NCBI GenBank assembly: GCA_964016885.1
Contig: OZ024743.1
Span: 376,154,001 to 376,218,000, forward strand
Length of the DNA: 64,000 nucleotides
Direction: 5' to 3'
DNA from: Eledone cirrhosa
Lineage: Eukaryota
The stretch's first letter is position 1; each line of letters begins with the position of its first letter. Below the pieces are notes generated by a model. The model was not told where the DNA came from, did not search any database, and worked only from the letters and a program-made list of their open reading frames with translations. This document shows, one piece after another, positions 54,554-64,000 of the stretch. The position numbers and the translations under genes are program-made.

Positions 54554-56181
54554 TAAAATAACAGATTAAAGTTTAAGCAAAGAATCGCTGCTTTCACCCT
54601 TAACGGGATCTTCTGAAACTAACAAAGTCAATCTGTAAACGCAGAACTGGATATTTCAAAAAACGTTGCAACCGGAGGAAGACAGGAAGACGATACTTTG
54701 GTTCGTGGTAACGTTCGCTGGCAAAGAACGGGAAAAAACGAATAATACGTCATTAATAGGAGCGGTGAAAAACAATTACGCGCAAAGACAAAACCACGTT
54801 TATGGTATAAAAGAGGTCGTAGACTAATGTTCTCTTAGGTGGTGCATAGAGACATTCTCTGGCAATGAACGAAGAAACGAAGATAATAAGTCATATGTGG
54901 AGCGTGGAGAACAATAGCACGCAAAGACAAAACCACGTAAATGGTATAGCAGAAATCGTAGACTAAAATTCTAACTAGGAGACCAAATGAATCTCCGCTA
55001 CAGAGTTAAGAACAAAGTAAATAAATACAATACAGAAGTAATAGAAACAAATAAATACATACACGCAAACAGATACGTACATACACAAGCATACGCAAAA
55101 CCTTACCATGGGTATACAAAACCACGCACATATAAATATGTGTGTGTGTGTATGCTTGTGTACAAATAAATAAATAATTATAGAAACGTATATAAGTAAA
55201 TAAATACGTATATAACAAGCGCACACGCATACCTACATATAAATACACGAATGTTCGGAGATGTAAGTCAACTAAAACAAGAAGTACACATATACACACA
55301 CCCACCATACGTACGAACCTGCACACTCACGCGGACGCAAAACTCCCGTATACACATAGCCAAACCCTAAATACCAGAATATGTAAAAATTATACGCTAT
55401 AACAGTCAAATATACGTACGAGAAGGTATACGTACCTTCACAAAACATACGGGTAATATATACTTACCTATGCAAATAAGTAAAGGAATAAACAAAACAT
55501 ATACTTAGCTCCCACATCAGTGTTACTTATATTGGGTGTGGTTGTCTTTTAGACTCCAGATATAAGCTGAAAGTGACCACACACACACATATTTATATGT
55601 GCGTGGTTTTGTATACCCATGGTAAGGTTTTGCGTATGCTTGTGTATGTACGTATCTGTTTGCGTGTATGTATTTATTTGTTTCTATTACTTCTGTATTG
55701 TATTTATTTACTTTGTTCTTAACTCTGTAGCGGAGATTTATTTGGTCTCCTAGTTAGAATTTTAGTCTACGATTTCTGCTATACCATTTACGCGGTTTTG
55801 TCTTTGCGTGCTATTGTTCTCCATGCTCCACATATGACTTATTATCTTCGTTTTTTCGTTCATTGCCAGAGAACGTCTCTATGCACCACCTAAGAGAACA
55901 TTAGTCTACGACCTCTTTTATACCATAAACGTGGTTTTGTCTTTGCGCGTAATTGTTTTTCACCGCTCCTATTAATGACGTATTATTCGTTTTTTCCCGT
56001 TCTTTGCCAGCGAACGTTTCCACGAACCAAAGTATCGTCTTCCTGTCTTCCTCCGGTTGCAACGTTTTTTGAAATATCCAGTTCTGCGTTTACAGATTGA
56101 CTTTGTTAGTTTCAGAAGATCCCGTTAAGGGTGAAAGCAGCGATTCTTTGCTTAAACTTTAATCTGTTATTTTAATAAATA
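54548..56181. mobile_element. Fold-back copy of family A pLTR/3' UTR, with an HHR in each arm
   Basis: 54548-55150 is inverted relative to ~55580-56181. The left arm matches 1-349 and then jumps to 573-633. Confidence 0.92.
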
Positions 56182-56264
56182 TTTGCTCTACGGTTCTTAT
56201 ATATTTGATATATATTTTCCTTATCGAGCCCTCTTTGGATTTTAGTCTTCAATTTTATTATTAT

Positions 56265-56592
<328 letters not shown>

Positions 56593-56612
56593 TATATCTA
56601 TATATATCTATA

Positions 56613-56900
56613 CAGTGCATCTTCGCTTATCCGGATATCGCTTTTCCGAAATTCGATTTACCTGACGGCTATTTCTATGCTACAAACAATGTGTATTTGA
56701 AGGTTGTTTATGAAGGTTTATGTTTATGATTCCATTTTTACGTGCGATAAACATGATTGACTAAAAGAAGCCAAAACATTAGAAACCACGAGCATTAAGT
56801 AACAATGGGATTTTAGAATTCACTTATTCGGATATTTCACTTAACCGGATATTTTTCTAACTGTTTGGTTTTGACCGTCCGGATAAGCGAAGATGCACTG
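56613..56900. mobile_element. Tc1/mariner (pogo/Tigger-like) MITE
   Basis: TIR CAGTGCATCTTCGCTTATCCGGA is perfect at both ends, with a TA TSD. Confidence 0.88.
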
Positions 56901-57179
56901 TATATTAATATATAGATTGAACTTATGTCCAAAATTTAAACACCAACCTTTAATCCGTAATTAAGATAGTCAAAATCTATTCATCACCAATTGAATATAT
57001 TAAATCGTTTGTTAAAGTATTTCACACATTGTCTCAAGATTGATATTATTAGTATTTTCAGATAAATTGAAATATTGGCACAATGAGTACCTATTAATTC
57101 ATTGTTTTTATGCAATGTGTTTGGTGTTTTAACACCCTTTTTCTAAGATGTATATGATATACACGAAGTGGCGTACTAA

Positions 57180-57612
57180 TTCTTCTTCTTCTTCTTCTTC
57201 TTCTTCTTCTTCTTCTTCTTCTTCTTCTTCTTCTTCTTCTTCTTCTTCTTCTTCTTCTTCTTCTTCTTCTTCTTCTTCTTCTTCTTCTTCTTCTTCTTCT
57301 TCTTCTTCTTCTTCTTCTTCTTCTTCTTCTTCTTCTTCTTCTTCTTCTTCTTCTTCTTCTTCCTAAGAGGGTCATGGGGTCAGAGTCCTCAAACACTCCT
57401 TCCTGCAGGTCCTGTCAGAAGCAACCGTCTCCAACTGATCTGGCTGGATCCCCAAGCGAGATCAGCCAAACTCATGGATGTTATACAACCATCTTGCTCG
57501 GGTCTACCCCTGGGTCTCCTGCTTGTTGGTTTTGCCCGTAAAATATGTCCAGCGATTCTTTCCCAGGACATTCTAACAACATGCCCATAGTATCGGAGCT
57601 GTAATCTCTCAA
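57180..57612 (-). mobile_element. RTE 3' fragment (57363-57612) with an expanded (GAA)n tail (57180-57362)
   Basis: QLRYYGHVVRM..RRPRGRP lies next to a pure (TTC)n run. Confidence 0.8.
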
Positions 57613-58524
57613 TTACTAATTTACTTATAAAATTTTATTTAGACCCTCATTATAATTGACCTACTAAATTACTCTTAAAATGTGTGAATAAAGAAACAAA
57701 CCCTTGTGATATTAAACTTTATTCCAAAGTAATACATATGTAATTCATTTAAGTGTATATTGTTACATTAAATGTTTGAAATGCTCGGTGTTTGCAAGTA
57801 CGTCATTTAAATGTTTATTTGTTATCAGTGAGGTAATTATGACCCTACCTTTGTAAAGAAATTTCAGCTTGGAAGTTTTGTAATTATTTCCATATATAAT
57901 TCGTGGGTACATTTATGTTTATTGCTCTGGCGACCATGTTTTAGAATATATTCTTCTGTGATGTAAAAAGACATGTATATTTATATAAGTTACTCAACGT
58001 GGAACGTTGGAATGGGACACACACATACACAAGTGCCATAAAATTTGATGTCAAATACATTAAACATTTTTGTGTTTGTAAATCTAAAGAGAGATCGAAA
58101 GAATTTATCCAAGAATGCACTAATGGTAAACTTTAATGCAAATGTGGCCTGGAATATGGATATTTATAGATCAGACTCCACTTACATTTCTTTAATGATG
58201 TATCTTAAAGAAAAAGGCTAGTAGCTAATATACAAAATAAATTGATTTCTAATTTAGGTAGAAGGCCAGTAAAATTGAGGAAAGGAAGAATTGATTAAAT
58301 GAACCCAAGAACAAAAAGAAAATGGAGTGTGATGATGGTGAAGAGCTGGATTCCTTTGAGCATAGATCTATGCATGTTGATATACGACATTTCTTGGGCA
58401 TCTTTAAACCTGGCAGTGCCCATCCTCTGTCTAGGTCTGAACAGTAGATTTCTTGCAGAGAAGGATAGTGAGAATGAGAGAATGGTACTTAGAAAGAGGT
58501 ATAGAGGAAGAATTGATCCTCATA

Positions 58525-58960
58525 TTAAACTGGTTATTTTTTTTATCGACCACGAAAGGATAAAAGGCAAAGTTGACGTCGGCAAGATTTGAACTCAAAA
58601 AGCAGAGAGCCGAAACAAATACCGCAAAGCATTCTATCCGACGTTCTAACGATTCTGTCAATTCGCCGCACTGGGTATATTTTGGGTATGTTAACATATT
58701 ACTGGATATATTCGGAGTAGATTAAAATGTTACTGAGTGCTATCTGAATGAAATGAGGGTACATTAATATATAGTGGATTGGCAGTATCGGTAGAGGGTC
58801 GGACGCCATGCTTTGACGTATAGAGTTACGGCTCTTGCCATTCTGAGTTCAAGTCCCGCCGAGGTTGACTTTGCCTTTCATCCTTACGGGGTCGATAAAA
58901 TAAAGTACCAGTAATGCACTGGGTAATTGCTGGCCTTGTGCCAAACGTAGAAACAATTAA
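58525..58960. mobile_element. Two tRNA-derived SINE copies, 58525-58670 (-) and 58775-58960 (+)
   Basis: tggcagtatcgg A-box-like and gagttcaagtcc B-box-like motifs, with a shared body. Confidence 0.82.
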
Positions 58961-59500
58961 TATATTATGAGGTTTCATTGGGGTAGGTTAAAACATTACT
59001 GGGAGTAATGAAGGTAGATTAATATATTACTGGGTGTAATGAGGGTAGGTTGATATATTATTGGGTACAATGAGGGTAAGATATATTTCTGGGTGTAGTT
59101 AGGGTGGGTTGATATATGACTGGGTGTAATTGGGGTGGATTGATATACCACTGGGTGTAATTGTGGTGGGTTAATATTCCACTAAGTGTAATGAGAGTAG
59201 AGTAATTTATTACTGGGTATAATGAGGGTAGATTAATATATTATTGGGTACTATGTAGGTAGGTTATTACCTGGTGAAATTGAGGTGGGTTGATATATTA
59301 CTGGGTGTAATGAGGATAAGGTATATTAATGGGCATAATCGGGGTAGGTTAAAATATTACTGGGTGTATTGAGGATGGGTTGATAATCACTTTGTGGAAT
59401 GAAGGTATGGTAATTTATAACTGGGCGTAATCGGGTAGATTAAGTGTAATGAGGGTACATTAATATATTATGAGGTGTCATCGGGGTAGGTTAAAACATC
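58960..59500. repeat. Degenerate ~32-bp minisatellite (also 58668-58775)
   Basis: The unit is approximately atatattactgggtgtaatgagggtaggttg. Confidence 0.85.
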
Positions 59501-59926
59501 TCAGTCTTTTGCACATATAATCCTTTTTTTAATGTTTAGTCAGGGAGTGCCTATGATTCTTTTCAGAGCCTCAGAGACTGGTGTGTAGGAGAAATGTGTT
59601 CCCAAACAAGAGGCCTGTCTGAAGGCTTGCAACAGAGGAAACCTTGTTAAAGGTACCCGTGAGTGCCTTTAACGGGGTCATTGTTAGAAATATCTATTAA
59701 TCAGTGTTTCCTTCCACACGAGTAACTGTATATAGAGAAGATGCTAGATAGAGCTTCAATTAAGTAATAGGATAAACTGTGTATAGCAACAGGTGGGCTC
59801 TCATTAAGCAGACATATGAGGAAAAGCAGCCAAACTATGCCAATATTCCAAATATTGGGATTATAGAAATTCTCTCCCTTGATTGCCTTTTAAGCTCTGA
59901 TCCCGCCCCAATCTCCTCCCTCCTCG

Positions 59927-60002
<76 letters not shown>

Positions 60003-60194
60003 TGTATATACTTACACATACACTAACACATATATATACGCATACGCATAATGCATGCATTCATACACGTACATACACACACATATATACTGTTTACAAT
60101 TAAAATAAAATTAAAAAAAGCAAACATTTTTCAAGAAAATTTGATCTGACACACACACATATATATATGTGTGAGATCAAATAAATATTCTTGA

Positions 60195-61225
<1,031 letters not shown>

Positions 61226-62139
61226 ACAAATAATGTATACGTATATTCACACAAGCTTTATATTTTCTTTAATTAAAACCACGAAACAGAAAATATTTTG
61301 ATTGAACAATGAAATCTTACGTTTTCCTTTTATAAAAACGTACAAGTTGTATACTACAGATTACTGCCTCGATTTCAATAAATCTGTTTTTGACATTGTC
61401 ATATTTGTACGTCTTATCTTTACTTATTTTGAATCATAATGGTGAATTATGAATAAATTTATCGAAGACTACTTCTAAAGAATATTAAAAAAATTATTAA
61501 ATTATAGCCACTTTAGTTTGAAAAAAAGTCGTCTTTAAATACGAAATCTTAACCTGATATTAATTATAACATCAGCAAATGTACGAAGGTAAGTTTAAAG
61601 AATTCTTTAAATGTTATTGAAATATTCATTATCTGCAGAATTACTATATTTTTGTAAAGAATTATTATCGATTTTTTTGGTGTTTTATTTTGTAGCAAGC
61701 AAATAATTATAAACAGCTATTATTATTTCTTTTTTTTTTTTAGAAATTGAGCTTATATTTAAACTAACAAAAACAACAACAACGAAAAACAAAAATTTTA
61801 TTGGCATTCTTTGAAAATTTTAATTTGTTTTGCACTTTTTCTACGTAGAGTCGAAATTATATTAAGTTTATATTATGGCGGCTTAACGTTTTTATTTCAG
61901 CGCGTTTGTTTGTTTGTTTGTTACAAAAACGACAACAGAGATCAAATATTCTTGAAAAATTCTTGTTTTTATTTTATTTTATTTTATTTTATTTTATTTT
62001 ATTGTAAAGAGATGCCATTACCATAAGGCTGTTGATTCCAATGAGTATTATTTCGGCGAAGAAAAACGAAAAATAAATAAACAAATTACATAAAATAAAA
62101 AGAAACAAAAACAAAACTTAAAGACACAAATATAAACAA

Positions 62140-62275
<136 letters not shown>

Positions 62276-62799
62276 TAAAAGATATCGTTAAAAGATTTCT
62301 TGTCAAGTGATTAGCAAAGAAATCTTTCTAGCTATGATAGAAGAGAGAACGGTAATTATTGGAAAAGACACTTTTAATCAACTTCATAAACCGCTCCTAT
62401 CAAAAGACTTGTGATGCTTATTTTAAAGAGTACCTTGTCCATTTGCTTGTCTGATTACCTTGTCTCAGACAGACTGTAATTACAACAGTGATGACTGTAT
62501 AATTATAACACACTTGACCATATAATTAAATGAGAGATGACTATACATTCATATAAGGTTACAGTGGCTTTTTTTGCTAGTAGACAGACGCACACACACT
62601 CTCTTTCACACACACACATATACACACACACATACACATAAACACACATATACACACACATACACGCACACACAAGCACACACAAGCACACACATATAAT
62701 ACTGTGACACTTGAAATGAACAGATAAATGTTATATATCATAATAATAATGATAACAATAATAATAAATATCATTATTGATACTTAACACAGTGAATAT

Positions 62800-63530
62800 G
62801 ATAATTACTTGATCTTCTATTGTCTGTTGTGTCTCAACAAGGGCCTTAGACAGACATTACTTTCATGTATATACATGCCGGGCCTAACATGGCAGTCTTT
62901 TGTAGGAGAGCACTTTGTGATTCGATTTGTTTAACCCTTTCATGACCATATTTCTAATGAAGTGACAGTCAATTTTAATTAATTAATGAAGAATTTTGAG
63001 GGATTTACTAAAATTACTAATTATTTCATTACTAAGATAGTAACTTAATGTAAGGTTCTTATATAAAATTATTTTGGAAGATTTAAATTGGGAACCTTTA
63101 AAATGGGTGATTTTATTTCATAGAACCAGACCCTGTTTTGACCGGGTTGGAAGATAGTAACTTAATATAAGGTTCTTATATAGAATTATGTTGGAAGATT
63201 TTGATATAGATTGGAAACCTTTAAGATGGGTCAAGACAGCCTCTCAGTTTTAGGAGTATTGGACACAAAGTTCTAATGACAATTGGAATTATTTTGATGT
63301 TGTTAGGTGGTATTGAACACTTTCGTGCAATTTCAAATCAGTATATTTTGTTATTATTTTTCAATTTCTTTCAAGACTATGTTGTGGTCTCCTGGAATGG
63401 TAACATCAATAATCTGGTATTTACTCATATTTCTGTGAATAACTATATCAGGTCTGTTGTGTTCAAGTCGGTTTCACGGGTTTGTCTTGGGGTTGTCTCT
63501 GTCATCAATGACAGTTTCTGGGATATTCTG
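62800..63530 (-). pseudogene. Old R4/Dong-type RLE 3' fragment, interrupted at ~62930-63240
   Basis: Minus strand reads HNRPDIVI..IIDVTIPGDHNIVLKEIEK and LLQKTAMLG. The 3' flank is TAA-rich. Confidence 0.65.
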
Positions 63531-63562
63531 GTCTCACTTATCGGACATCTAATATCCCTATC

Positions 63563-63960
63563 ATTGGCAGTATCGGCAGAGGATCTGACGCCATGCTTTC
63601 CAGCTTAGAGTTACATCCGTTTATAATCTGAGTTCAAATCCTGCCGAGGTTAAGTTTGCCTTTCATCCTTACGGGTCGATAAAATAAAGTACCAGTATGC
63701 ACTGGGGTCGATTTAATCGACTTTCCCCTCCACAAAATTGCTGGCCTTGTGCCTATATAAGAAACCATTATTATTATTATGAATTGGCAGTATCGGTGAA
63801 GGGTCGGACATGCTTTTCAGCATAGTTACGCCCCTTTACAATCTGAGTTCAAATCCCGCCGAGGTTAACTTTGCCTTTCATCCTTACGAGGTCGATAAAA
63901 TAAAGTACCAGTAATGTACTGGGTATTTGCTGGCATTGTGCCAAAAGTAGAAACAATTAT
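63563..63960 (+). mobile_element. Two tandem tRNA-derived SINE copies with (ATT)n tails
   Basis: Copies at 63563-63767 and 63783-63957, with A/B-box-like motifs and a shared body. Confidence 0.85.
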
Positions 63961-64000
63961 TATTATTATTATTTCCTTTTCACAGCTTTCGATGTTACTG

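Noticed and set aside
57094-57396. Poly-Arg and poly-Ser ORFs
   Set aside because: They come from the (TTC)n retroelement tail.
58775-58870. tRNA gene
   Set aside because: It is a SINE head: no full cloverleaf is evident and it continues into a multicopy body.
58960-59500. CRISPR-like array
   Set aside because: These are degenerate head-to-tail units with no unique spacers, in eukaryotic DNA with no cas genes.

Overview
This is eukaryotic, very AT-rich, microsatellite-saturated DNA with no recognisable host protein-coding gene. It most resembles an octopod cephalopod intergenic or intronic region; that is an inference from the SINE and LINE types. Almost all non-microsatellite sequence is retroelement-derived. 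(1) There are many Penelope-like elements (PLEs) of at least three clades, from near full-length copies (14.4-18.3 kb, 25.0-29.4 kb) to hairpin pseudo-LTR (pLTR) relics, nearly all abutting (TA)n. Together they carry more than 20 hammerhead-ribozyme (HHR) motifs of about 10 sequence families, including non-canonical cores, HHR-only mini-elements and a 518-nt HHR-bounded retrozyme-like unit. (2) An apparently intact RTE LINE (34183-37728) ends in three C2H2 fingers, and a tandem array of ~600-bp non-autonomous RTE derivatives lies nearby. (3) Restriction-like-endonuclease (R4/Dong-type) LINEs are present: one sits in (TAA)n, and one family repeatedly sits in the (TATG)n tails of RTE elements. 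(4) There are also tRNA-derived SINEs, CR1-type 3' ends, MITEs and a Helitron. Most short ORFs in the supplied track are microsatellite artefacts. Coordinates were read by eye and may be off by a few bases. All ribozyme calls are manual folds and none has been tested.
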